DNA of 64,000 bases. It comes from Strigamia acuminata (lineage: Eukaryota). Below, in pieces: positions 39,905 to 50,952 of the stretch. Positions within the stretch are counted from its first letter, which is position 1, and each line of letters starts with the position of its first letter. The notes beneath the pieces are model-generated. The model worked only from the letters and a program-made list of their open reading frames with translations, did not search any database and was not told the origin of the DNA. The position numbers were made by a program, and so were the translations under genes. The stretch covers positions 24,490,001 through 24,554,000 of the forward strand of contig OX442314.1 of assembly GCA_949358305.1 (NCBI GenBank), read 5' to 3'.

Positions 39905-40551
39905 AAAAGCGTCAACGATGTCGAGATCCGTTACTTTCCCGATATCTTCCCCTTTTAGGCAAGACCAGAAGTAACGAGTCCATTTTCTCCATCTCCATTT
40001 CTTGACCCGAGATGAAATCAAGAGTTAGTCAGGTTCAGGTGTATTTTATGCCGTTTTTGTGAATAATTCAAAGATCTTTAATAGTTAATTTAACAATTCT
40101 GTTAAAATTTGATTACGAGTCAATGTGAGTTTGTTTAAATGAATACTAATTTTAATACTTGAATTTTAACGTGTAAAGTGTTATTTTGCAAATCATTATA
40201 TTTCCAGTGAGAAGTTAAGTTTTGTGAAAATAATTGTTAAATTTTATTAATCATTTGTTTGGTACAAGAGTTTGATGTTAGTTTAAGTTATCGCCTTTTC
40301 TTGATGCAGTTGTAAGTCCACCTGTAAAGAGAGATGGAAGTTATTATTGATAATTGAAAGTTTTATAACCCTAATAAATATTTTTTGAAGCATTTGATTA
40401 AGAAATACTCTTTATTTATACTATTAAGATATAAAATAAAGGTTTTTACTTACCAAGGATTACAGCTCGAGTCCCCTAGATGACAGTGTGGTCTTGATCC
40501 TCAAGATATTCGGAATAAATAGTATGTTAATACAGGTATTAACATATATTT

Positions 40552-40559
40552 AAGGGGGA
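40552..40559 (+). other. E1 polypurine tract
   Basis: AAGGGGGA immediately before the 3' LTR. Confidence 0.75.
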
Positions 40560-40561
40560 CT

Positions 40562-42151
40562 TGTGACGGTTACACTGTCATGCACTTTGTTAGTATAGGA
40601 CGATTACTTCACCAATAGATGGCGCTGATGCGTTTTAGCGGTAAATTCAAATTTCGACAATTTTTGAGTGAATAAAATATAAATTACTATTTATATTTTA
40701 TTCCACTGCAACTTTAGACACTTTTAAATACTTTTGGATGTTTAAAAACTAGTTGATTTATTTGTCACATAATTCTATTGAATTATGTGCAAACTCTACA
40801 CCTGGTGAAGTCACCCCCCATCACCCACTGTGAGTTGGACTCCTTTTGGATTATAGTCAAAGGGACTTAATCCAAAATGTGTCCTGCGTATCCAGTTCCT
40901 GTAGTGGACCTAGTAGAAGACTATGTCCTGAGTATCCACTTCCTATGATCTGGGATTGGATGGATTTGACTGCCCAGTGATCCCATTGGATCACTGAACA
41001 GCTATTCTCCTCACCGAGTATATATCCCCCTGCAAAACGGATATAGCTCGCTCTTGTTCTGTTTTTGTTTGATACTGATATTACTTGAGCACATATTATA
41101 CTTCTCTGCGTTCCGACAATCCGTTGTAGAAATACTTTGTATTTAGTGTAAGTATCTAGAGTGGGTAGAAGACTCACAGACACACTGCCCGCCTCTTCAT
41201 GCCAACATTCCGTTGTAGAAATGTTGTAACTAGAGTGAGTAATTCACAGACACATTTAAGTGTAGTATCTAGAGTGGGGTACAACCCACAGACGCACTCC
41301 CTCCAGCTTCATGCCAACATTCCGTTGTAGAGTGCAGAATCTAGAGTGGAGTAAAATTCACAGACGCATTGGTAATGTAGAATCTAGAGTGGAGTATTTA
41401 TATTTCACAGACGCATTATCAGAGTAATCGACGCGGAGTAATTTCCCGGTTACTCTCCCGCCAGCCAGGACCGAGTGGAGTAATTTCCCGGCGATGGATA
41501 ACCTTTCCTGCGAGATATTTCGATTCAATTCGTTATTGGTTTGACGGAACATTTAAGTCTAACTTAGATGTTGATTGCACTCGGGGCAAAAAATAGCTCG
41601 GCGCTATTTTAATATATTTTACTTATTTTCATAGTTTTAGTTAAGTTTGTGACTCTAAAATATCATGATTAATTCCATAGAATTAATATGAATATTTATT
41701 CTCACATTGTTACATCTCGCGGTAATTATTGATTACAACAATTATCTGCGATGCGATGTGTGTGACGATACAGAAAAGTCAACCGCACCTCTCGGATATA
41801 ACCCACCCAGCCTAACCATTTACACGCCTTTTAGAACCAAACCCCGGACCATTTAGAAGCCAAAGCCATTCATAGATGACATCTTTTACGTCACAGCAAT
41901 AAGACCGTTACAAATTCTTATTGCATGACTGAAGCCTTCAAATGATATTATTTCAGGGCTTTTGCCAAACAACTGTATAGTTTAACTTCTCGTCATTTTA
42001 GCCACTTGTAGGCATAGTATTTATATAAGGTTCAAACCGGAATAAATGTTATATGTTTTGAGAAAACATCAGGTTTGCATATTTTACATTTTCACACAGA
42101 TAGTTCACACTTTAGTTTAGCAATTGCTATCTCCAGAAGGTAATCGTCACA
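40562..42151 (+). repeat. E1 3' LTR
   Basis: Copy of 28147-29736, followed by the TSD ACCT. Confidence 0.97.
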
Positions 42152-42183
42152 ACCTTTCGTAATAAAAACGTTTTTACTTCACA

Positions 42184-42805
42184 TGTGACCGGCTGCCCGC
42201 TCAGTCCGCTCACTTGCCTGCAACACACGGCGCTTCCACGGCTCTCGCGCACCTCGTGTGTTTCTCGCGCGCACCTGTTGCGGACCCCCGCACCAGGTGG
42301 AGCTGACGGTCGTTGGCCCGGCCAATTGGGAACCGGAAGTGCCCCTTCCGGAAGTGGTGGGCCCCGCAGAGGCCCAGAGAGTTCTCTAACTTCCAGCATG
42401 GCGAACGGTCGCTTCCACGATCGCTCTTCCACGCTGGCGGCAATGACGAATCCAGTTGGCGTAGCGACTCTGTCGCCCGCCGGGACTTGATAGTCCACGT
42501 TCCCCATGTCCGTCCTGCGTTCTCCGTGAACGTAGCGGCGACATGGCTAAACGGTATTCCGACCACGTGTGTCATGGCGGCCATTGGCCGCCGTGCCACG
42601 CGGTCTTGTTAGGGACGGCTGTTCGCAGCCGTCGCATTGGGAAATGCACTGGGAGACACCACATCATACCCCTAGACATCAATAAAGCTTACCTTAAACT
42701 AAACTTGTGTCTCTTGTGTATTTCGGAGTGAATTCTATCGTGTGTGTTGTGTCCAGCGCCTCGTGGCTCTCCCCCGACCACGTGGCGACCGTCCAAACAC
42801 TCACA
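42184..42805 (+). repeat. E2 5' LTR
   Basis: Direct repeat of 48600-49221 (offset 6416). AATAAA at 42681-42686. Confidence 0.95.
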
Positions 42806-42807
42806 AT

Positions 42808-42825
42808 TGTGGGCCCGTCCTGGAT
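42808..42825 (+). other. E2 degenerate PBS (tRNA-Pro-like)
   Basis: TGTGGGCCCGTCCTGGAT matches 15/18 to the common animal tRNA-Pro complement TGGGGGCTCGTCCGGGAT. Confidence 0.5.
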
Positions 42826-44540
42826 CTTGAACTCTTTGCGATTTTTTTTCTATTTTCTGGTTGAGTTAATAACTCAACATTGAATGAATTTTTCCGATCA
42901 AAAAGGGGGAAATTTCTGTGGTCATGGTTGTGATAGGGAATCAGCAGGCGAAACGGCCGCTAATCGCTGATTTTGGACCCTAACTTGACAAAAATTGGTG
43001 GCTGTGCATGTCCAGCTTGCCTGGGTACTGGCAAGCCGGGACTTACATTGGCCACACTTTCCAACGGTCTTCTATTCCTTTCTAGCTTAGCCTAAAAAAC
43101 TGAGTGGTTGGGAGGGGAATATAATTCCAAACCTTCTTTATTATTTTTATTTCTTGGTGCGCAGCCCAAGTAAAAGTAATGGAACAGTCTGCAGCGTATT
43201 CAAACTCGATTAGTGGAGGAGGCGCCGCTGGTGGCCACCAGCAACCCAATTCCCACGGGGGAGAAGCGGTCATATTCTAATTGCCACGCTGCAATCGCTG
43301 GTTCCATTATGGGCCGGGCGAGGAGGCGATGTTGAACTGAGCTTTGAGTGACACCAAACTTCTTGTAGGACGTTTAGTCGCTTGGATGCAGGTTGCTAGC
43401 TTAGTGGTCGCTGGCGCGGGAACAGTCACGTGCGGTGAGTTGGCGTGTAGTTGGACCCGAGTAGCAGCGAAGTGTCCGCACACATGGGAAGACTGCCTTG
43501 ATTTTTGTTGTGGCTCATAATTTATGGGTTGCGTTGTGGCTGCTCAAAGCGCTCATCCGGGTTCACATCGGTCATAATCCTACCCTGTCCCGTGTACTGG
43601 TTGGAAACAGTTGCAAGTTGGATACAACCCTAGAACTGTGGAAAATTGGGACACGGACAGCAGGGAGAGCTGCCGGAGGTACGGGGATACCGATGGTGAA
43701 GTGCTCAAATGGCACAGAGAGTTCGTTAGGGCGTAGGAACGATATCTGTGCGTTCAGGTAGCTACCAGCTTTGAAAAAAGACTGGGAATCTAGCCTGTAA
43801 CTTTTGTTTCTGAATTTTATTCACCTTCATTGGATTTTCAAGTTGTTTCAGCTTGTTTTCGAGGACTGTGCTCGAACCACAGTTTTGGGCAATCTCTACA
43901 ATTTGGAAGTTTGTTTATTTTACGACCTTTTTTTGTTTTTTCTCTTTATCTTCGATTTTTTTTCCCTATCTATGATTTTCATGGTTCTTTGGGACGCCAC
44001 ACCGGACAGTAGACATCGTTGTAACTGAATACACGTGTTTCATGACCTGGAGGTAGACAGCACCAAATAGAAGGTGATATGGCTTTAAGTTGGCAGCTGA
44101 AGGGTGGGCCCCCAAAGCAACTAGGGACAGGAGATGCATTTCCTTTTTTACTTTAAGTGCAGCTGACTGTCCCACAAAAAACACCATTTCATTGGGATGA
44201 ACAGACATCTCAGTGTAGGCACGTTTCTGTCGAAAGGCAGCCTCGTGCAGACTGGAATGAAGGCTTCCCGAAAGGGGCGAGCGGGCGCGTTTGTTGGTCT
44301 CTTGGGGCAGAAGAAGAGATTGCAACAATATCCCCGTAATGTAAATATCTGCAAAAACCTTCTGCTAAAAATTGGAACTTTTTGAGTGTATTTTATATTA
44401 AAAAACACCCAGTATTTTGTGATTTTTTATTCATTTTCTTATCTTTCTTCTCTGTTTTTCAATGTTGCTGTGCAATAAAGAAACGTTTTTGTCTGCGCGC
44501 TAGCGCGGTTAGCTTTCTATTGTTGGACACGACGATGGAA

Positions 44541-45475
44541 ATCTCTGGTTTGAAAATTTAGAAGTTCTTTGGACACGATTTCGTACCTTTTTTGGGCACA
44601 AAAGTCATGTTCTCATGGAATCAGACCATTTTGATCTGGTTCTGAACTTCTAGTTCCAAATCGAAAAATCACTATTGTGTTTTTCAAAAAGTGTTGTTTT
44701 TTCTGCAGAAATGTAGGGATTGGAACATTAAAACGGTCAAAATTTTGTTTTTATTTTAAAAAAAATCAAACATGGCGACTGGAAAAACAATAGAAAAACA
44801 TGTGGAAATCTCGGAATTTTCGAGAATGATTGGAATTTTAAATTTCGACTTTTCTCGGAACTCTGGGAAATCAATTCTATGAATTAATCCACTTTGTCCA
44901 TTTTCATTTGCTACGATTCTGCGGTTTGATACATTCAATCAATGTCATTCACAAGAACAGGCAAAACCACGTAGAATTCGCCAGCAAGCAGCTTTTTGTA
45001 CAGACACCTGAGTTAATTACGATTGATTCAGACAATACCATACGTCTCTCGATTTCGTCAGGCGATGGATTCAACAATACGTTCCCTGAACAAACAAACG
45101 ACGCTGGATCAGTCTATGCTTGAAACCATGTGTCGTATCTCTGGTTTGAAAATTTCGAAGTTCTACAGACATGATTTCGTGCTTTTTTAAAGCACAAAAG
45201 TCATGTTTTTGTGGAATCAGACCATTTTGATCTGGTTCAGAACTTCTAGTTCCAAACAAATTTCTATTTGCTTTCAAAAATTGTTGGTTTTTTTCAGAAA
45301 TGGAGAAATTTTGGCATTTTATCTGGTCGAATTATTTATTTTTTTTTATAAAAACCCAAGATGGCGACTAGAAAGCAACGGAAAAACATGTGGTATTCAC
45401 AGATTTTTCGGGAAAAGTTTGATTTTCAAAAGATTTCGAAAATTTGGGAAATCTGGGGATTAATTTCCAAGAAAT
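44541..45475 (+). repeat. Diverged ~340-bp internal duplication in E2
   Basis: About 44541-44890 versus 45137-45475, sharing ATCTCTGGTTTGAAAATTT, GCACAAAAGTCATGTT, TGGAATCAGACCATTTTGATCTGGTTC and ATGGCGACT. Confidence 0.8.
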
Positions 45476-45916
45476 TAACTCGAATCACGTTACCATGGGA
45501 AACATGGGGGGGGGAAGTGACATCACTAATCCCTCTCCCATGAGTAGCCACATCAAGCAATCTAATGGATTCTAGTTGGTTGTTAATCAATCACCTCTGT
45601 CCGTTTTTGCAAACTGCGGCCCTGTCTTTGACATTTCCAGTGACTACCAGTTACAAGGAAGTCCTACAGACACGTGGGATTTTTACCAGCAAGTAAATAT
45701 TGTATTTTATTATCGTTAAAGAAGTTACAGAGTCAAACTCTACAGACTTGAATGAATACACCTAACTTTTGATCGTACCATTGACACTAATTGTTTAAAT
45801 AAACAATAATATGTCACCGACAAACGTTAAAATAAAGGCCACGTTGTGACCAAAATTGAGCAGCACTCAAGAAACTCATTTTTTCTTTCACTCTTTAAAA
45901 TATATATGTTTAGTAG

Positions 45917-46685
45917 CAGTGGACAGAAGAATGCAACATTTGCATTCGAGGGTTTGAATACCGACTCGCAGAAGGAATGACGCTGCCTGCGCCGGATTTC
46001 GCTCGCAACTTTGTCATCCTTACAGATGCAAAGTGACGGCGGGCTCGGAGCTGTCCTTTCTGCAAGTAACAGACCAAGGTGTTTTTGTTGTAAAACCAGT
46101 TTGTCTAACAACTAGAATGCTGATTTGGAACATTTAGCTATGGTTTGATAAACTCAGGCCATGTGCTGAAAATTCTGAACTTGAAATGGGAAATTTAGTT
46201 TTGCTAAAAATCCATCCTTTGAGAAAAATGGATATACCATTAGCTTCGTCTCGCAAAGACCATTTCAAAGCACCATATATAATCACTAAAGTGACCAATA
46301 CAAATGCTTATAGTCTTATAAAATCAATGATTTTACAATTAAAAAGTACATGCAATAGTGTGGAAACTTAAAAAGACTTATTTCTTCTGGAAAGAGAGCT
46401 CGATAGCCCATTTTAGATGAGGAAGATGAAGAAGTTCTTGAGAACCGACCTGTGAACACTGGTACAGCAACAATCTTGCCACCACCAGTGCGACCAACAG
46501 AATCTGGTATCGCAACCAAGTTGCCAACACCAGTAAAACCTTTTGGGAAACCAAAAAGAAAGAAAAAGGCTTTGTCTCTGCCACGAGTGGTTTCACACAA
46601 AACCACGGCAGCACAGCCCAAACCGAATTCGGATTCGAAAAGACCATCGAGAAATCATATTTTGCCGATACGATACAGAGATTGA
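45917..46685 (+). pseudogene. pol: Fragmentary pol remnant in E2 (RT/RNase H junction and integrase C-terminus)
   Basis: Frameshifted fragments QWTEEC.., PAPDFARNFVILTDA/SDGGLGAVL, GNLVLLKIHPL...FKAPYIITKV..NAYSL (GPY/F region) and a tail RPSRNHILPIRYRD*. No RT catalytic core or integrase DDE core is recognisable. Confidence 0.75.
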
Positions 46686-46933
46686 CCACTAGGTGGACAC
46701 CTCCGAATTCGAAATTCCTACGGACCAATCACGAGACGACAACATAGCGTTTCCGGTTTCGTACACGTTGCGTAAAAAGACGCTATTCTGCGGTACTTAG
46801 GAAGGAATCTTGGCAACATCAAATCATTCTCGTTCCAAGCAAGTGACTGTCCAGTTCGTCTCCTCCGCACGAATCCCGTCGATTTCCTGTTCCGTATATT
46901 TGATTTGATCAATTCATTTTTATTTATTTTCCA

Positions 46934-48115
46934 ATGGAAGAATATCCAGCCGGCACTCGAGTCTTATGCCCGGTGTGTTTAGGAAGTTGCGTAACCGAAC
47001 GCAACAACGGCGCGTTAACTCCGTGCGAAAACTGTCTTGGTGAAGGACATGTGGATTGCAACGAGCCTTTGGAACTCTGGTTCCGTCATTTTATGACAGT
47101 ATCCGGACGCCCGATTCCAGTAAGAAACCGCGTGGTCGGTTGGATGCGCGTGCGTTCTCGTAGAGAAAGAAAGAAGTCAGAAAAGGCGTTTTACGCCAAT
47201 TCCGGCGCCTCGACTTCAGCCCAATCGCCACGAACGGGATCAAATCCCAATTCCACGTCAAAAGCTGACGATACAACGACTGGACGAGTTTCAAAAAGAG
47301 CGGTTTTACGCTTGAAACTAGCCGGATTTGCGGCGAATCGTTCGCAAACGTCGCAGACACCAAAAACTTCAACTTCGAGTTCGACTAAAATCCTTCGACC
47401 ACCGAAGAAAGTGACTGTAAAACAGTCATGTTCGACGGTGACAGAATCGAAAGCCAAACCACGCTCTGAGATTTCGGCGGCCCTCGTCGCAATGCGACTA
47501 AAGATCCGCGAACGAAATCCAAAGATGGCGGAAGAGACAGTAAACGCTTTAGCCAAAGAACGCCTCAAGTGGGAGAAGGTCGCTGATTATAAACAGCGAC
47601 AAGCCGCCCTCGCCGTGAGCCAACGAGTGACCGCTACGGTTACGTCATGTACGCAAGCGGCGAAGAAATCAATCCCACCACCGTCGTGTACGATCGTCTC
47701 AAACGATACGAGCATGCCGACGGAATTCGTTTGTTCCTCGACTGTTTTACAGTCAATTCCAAATCCAGCGGTCATTATGCCGCCGATATTCGGCGAGAGA
47801 CCAACGGACATTTCATTTCAGAATCTCCAGACCGCTCCGATGTCAACCGAAAATGGCGCGGCCGCCACCGAGACCGTCGCCGAAGCATCGAGTGCGATGG
47901 AAACCGAAGAATCGCATACGCCTCCGCCGCCTCTTCCACCACAATCGAAGGCAGAGAAGGCGGAGAAAAAAGTGGAAAAGAAAACCAGATCCGCCGCGAA
48001 GCGAGAGCAAAAGACGCGTCGTAACCTGGCGAAGGAGCTGCCGTCGATAAAAGAGAACGAACGTGACGACGACGACGAGACGCCACCGACGCCCGGCAAG
48101 ACGCTACAGATATAG
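46934..48115 (+). CDS. E2 accessory ORF, 393 aa, N-terminal CxxCxG/CxxCxGxG zinc-finger-like motif, basic S/T-rich tail
   Basis: Intact ATG-to-stop ORF between the pol remnant and the 3' LTR, with CPVCLGS...CENCLGEG at aa 12-38. Confidence 0.8.
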   Translation: MEEYPAGTRVLCPVCLGSCVTERNNGALTPCENCLGEGHVDCNEPLELWFRHFMTVSGRPIPVRNRVVGWMRVRSRRERKKSEKAFYANSGASTSAQSPRTGSNPNSTSKADDTTTGRVSKRAVLRLKLAGFAANRSQTSQTPKTSTSSSTKILRPPKKVTVKQSCSTVTESKAKPRSEISAALVAMRLKIRERNPKMAEETVNALAKERLKWEKVADYKQRQAALAVSQRVTATVTSCTQAAKKSIPPPSCTIVSNDTSMPTEFVCSSTVLQSIPNPAVIMPPIFGERPTDISFQNLQTAPMSTENGAAATETVAEASSAMETEESHTPPPPLPPQSKAEKAEKKVEKKTRSAAKREQKTRRNLAKELPSIKENERDDDDETPPTPGKTLQI

Positions 48116-48587
48116 AAGAAGTGGCCAGTTTTTCTCAAAACTTTATAATGCCAATAGTGTTGATAGTTTTTACATTTTTTAAATGGTTTTTTCTCTATCA
48201 AGGTAATAATAATAGTCCTAACTTTTATTCTCAAAGCTACAAATGCATTTACTTACCTATTAGAATTAAATTAACTTAGATTTTAATATTTTTCAAAGAA
48301 TTTTTTATTCAAATGTGTTAAAAATTTACAAGTGTTATTTACAGTATTTATATTTCACGAATTGTATTTTGTCTTCATCCTGGGGGTAAGTGTGCGTTGT
48401 TTTCTCTGGTGTATTTTTCCCGATGTTACCTGCTGGTGATCCGTGGTCCAGTTGTCATCAACTCATCCGGTCATCTGGTTATCTGCAAAAAAGAAAAGTA
48501 ATGATTAATTTTTAATTATGAAATTAACTTTCAAACAACCACTTTCGTGATTGTGTTGAGGTACCCCTCTCAGTACTTACCTTTTTT

Positions 48588-48599
48588 AGGGGGGGGAGA
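48588..48599 (+). other. E2 polypurine tract
   Basis: AGGGGGGGGAGA immediately before the 3' LTR. Confidence 0.8.
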
Positions 48600-49221
48600 T
48601 GTGACCGGCTGCCCGCTCAGTCCGCTCACTTGCCTGCAACACACGGCGCTTCCACGGCTCTCGCGCACCTCGTGTGTTTCTCGCGCGCACCTGTTGCGGA
48701 CCCCCGCACCAGGTGGAGCTGACGGTCGTTGGCCCGGCCAATTGGGAACCGGAAGTGCCCCTTCCGGAAGTGGTGGGCCCCGCAGAGGCCCAGAGAGTTC
48801 TCTAACTTCCAGCATGGCGAACGGTCGCTTCCACGATCGCTCTTCCACGCTGGCGGCAATGACGAATCCAGTTGGCGTAGCGACTCTGTCGCCCGCCGGG
48901 ACTTGATAGTCCACGTTCCCCATGTCCGTCCTGCGTTCTCCGTGAACGTAGCGGCGACATGGCTAAACGGTATTCCGACCACGTGTGTCATGGCGGCCAT
49001 TGGCCGCCGTGCCACGCGGTCTTGTTAGGGACGGCTGTTCGCAGCCGTCGCATTGGGAAATGCACTGGGAGACACCACATCATACCCCTAGACATCAATA
49101 AAGCTTACCTTAAACTAAACTTGTGTCTCTTGTGTATTTCGGAGTGAATTCTATCGTGTGTGTTGTGTCCAGCGCCTCGTGGCTCTCCCCCGACCACGTG
49201 GCGACCGTCCAAACACTCACA
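48600..49221 (+). repeat. E2 3' LTR
   Basis: Copy of 42184-42805, followed by the TSD CACA. Confidence 0.95.
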
Positions 49222-50275
49222 CACAAACAACCGGCAAACAAATAGTACCATTCTAAAATATAAACAAAATACTGATATTAAATAACTACTACTGATACTT
49301 AATTTCTCAATTTGAGATTTAGTCTATTGTGTTGATGAATGGTTTACAACTGAAACAAGCTGCCTCTGCCTGTCATGTTTAATGCAATTTCTGGATTTTA
49401 AATTTACAGTGGGTGATTACAGAAGAGTTTCTCATTAACTATCTCATGTGTTTTTAATGAATGATGGAATATTTGTACAGGATGTGGTGACCTCAAAGCA
49501 GGGTTTATCAACTTTTGTAAATTATCACAAGCTGTAATAATCCTTTTTTTTGAGAAGCCAAAGTGTTAATTTTATTAGTATATATAGAAATAAGCAACCG
49601 ATCGCGATAAGTATTTTATTATATTGTAAAAATGAGATCGCGACACGTGAGGGCCTGTCGTATTTGAACTGTAAAATTGTTAATTTTTGAGACCTCAACT
49701 GTCTTACTATTTCTTTCTTATTCTTTCTGACAAGATGCCACCAAGCAGACGAAAGAGCAACATTCGTATGAAAAAGTACCCAAGTACCCAACTGGAAAAG
49801 ACTCCAGCGACTCGGGATTCAGTGGAATATCCACCAATGCAAATTGACCAGTCGCCGTTAGCGGAAAGTCCGCTTACACACCGACAAAGGACGCGACAAG
49901 GACAAAGTTAGTTTAGTCTTTTCAATTATACAACACTACAAATAAATGTTGTTAACTTAAAGCTTGTCTAATTTAAAAATAATAATGCAACTGTACTTTT
50001 AAGAAAATTAACCAGGGGGTCATACCCTATACAAGGAACTAAGGGCAAGAGTTAATCCCCAGTATAATTTGTACTAATCCAACATGCGATCGCGAATTTT
50101 GAGATCCAATTTCCCACGTAGTTCTACTTTTATTTCAAACGAATAACCACAAGTTTTAATGGAATTATGGCTGAGGAATCAAGCAAGAAGAGAATCGTGG
50201 TCACATAAAATGTTCACGCATTTTTGTGAGTCAGAAAAATGTGACCAAGATTGTACGTCATCTCCCAATCCACCC

Positions 50276-50633
50276 AAGTTACTTATAAATCAGAGATTAG
50301 CAACGTTACTAGCATTAACTTTGGCAGGGAGATCTTATCCTTAAGAATAAGGATAAGTTTTGTTATCATCCCACTTCTGGGAACGAGAAAATCTTCTCGC
50401 GCTCGTAGTCGAGTCTCGGTTTTTCAAGACAAAGAACATTGTCCAGTCTTAGCGCTTCGTGATTACTTGAATTACGTGGTTTCTGTCCGCAAGGACACAA
50501 AATAACCTCTGATCTTGGCTTTACATCCTTTTGGAACAGTTTCTACGACCAGAATCTGGCCGCCAGATGGCTCAAAAGCACTCTAGCCAGAGCAGGAGTT
50601 GACACCACGATTTTTTCCGCACATTCCACAAAA
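50276..50633 (+). pseudogene. Degenerate tyrosine recombinase fragment (DIRS/Crypton-like)
   Basis: Across frameshifts: RLATLLALTLAGRS, HCPVLALRDYL and ARWLKSTLARAGVDTTIFSAHSTK. These match the R-box, CPV-box and HxxR-box layout of DIRS-type tyrosine recombinases. Confidence 0.7.
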
Positions 50634-50952
50634 GCATTGATAAAATCGTTTAGTTTATTCTTCGTAAGTAGGCATAAAAATGTTGATACAAACAAAAATA
50701 TTAACAGTTACAACAGGAAACGCACGCATCACACGATACACATCACACAATTTCCTCCTCTCTCTTGCAAGGTACAATTAGATATTATCACGAACCAAGG
50801 ATAACATGGACACGTATCCGTGTTATTTCCTATTGATTTGTTGTTCCATGTGCTGATTGAATGACAGCAATGACGCGTCATGCATTGCTTGCCAACTAAG
50901 CATGTTTGTTACCTGTTGTCATCCCAGAATATAATGTAGCTATATCTTATGT

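Larger units (their letters stand above)
28147..42151 (+). mobile_element. Full-length Ty3/Gypsy LTR retrotransposon E1 (14,005 bp) with extra ORF
   Basis: Paired 1590-bp LTRs (TGTGAC...GTCACA), 4-bp TSD ACCT (28143-28146 and 42152-42155), PBS, PPT, gag, pol with PR-RT-RH-IN order, and ORF3. Confidence 0.97.
42184..49221 (+). mobile_element. Non-autonomous Gypsy-derived LTR element E2 (7,038 bp)
   Basis: 622-bp LTRs (TGTGA...TCACA), 4-bp TSD CACA (42180-42183 and 49222-49225), degenerate PBS, PPT, pol remnants and an intact accessory ORF. Confidence 0.93.

Noticed and set aside
42152..42183. E2 nested in E1, or a tandem shared-LTR structure
   Set aside because: Each element has its own LTR family and complete TSD pair, so these are independent adjacent insertions.
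42127..42731. Overlapping ORFs on both strands in the E2 LTR (repeated at 48547-49147)
   Set aside because: A GC-rich LTR is stop-poor. Splicing the antisense ORF at 48580 to 48483 reaches a stop within 7 codons.
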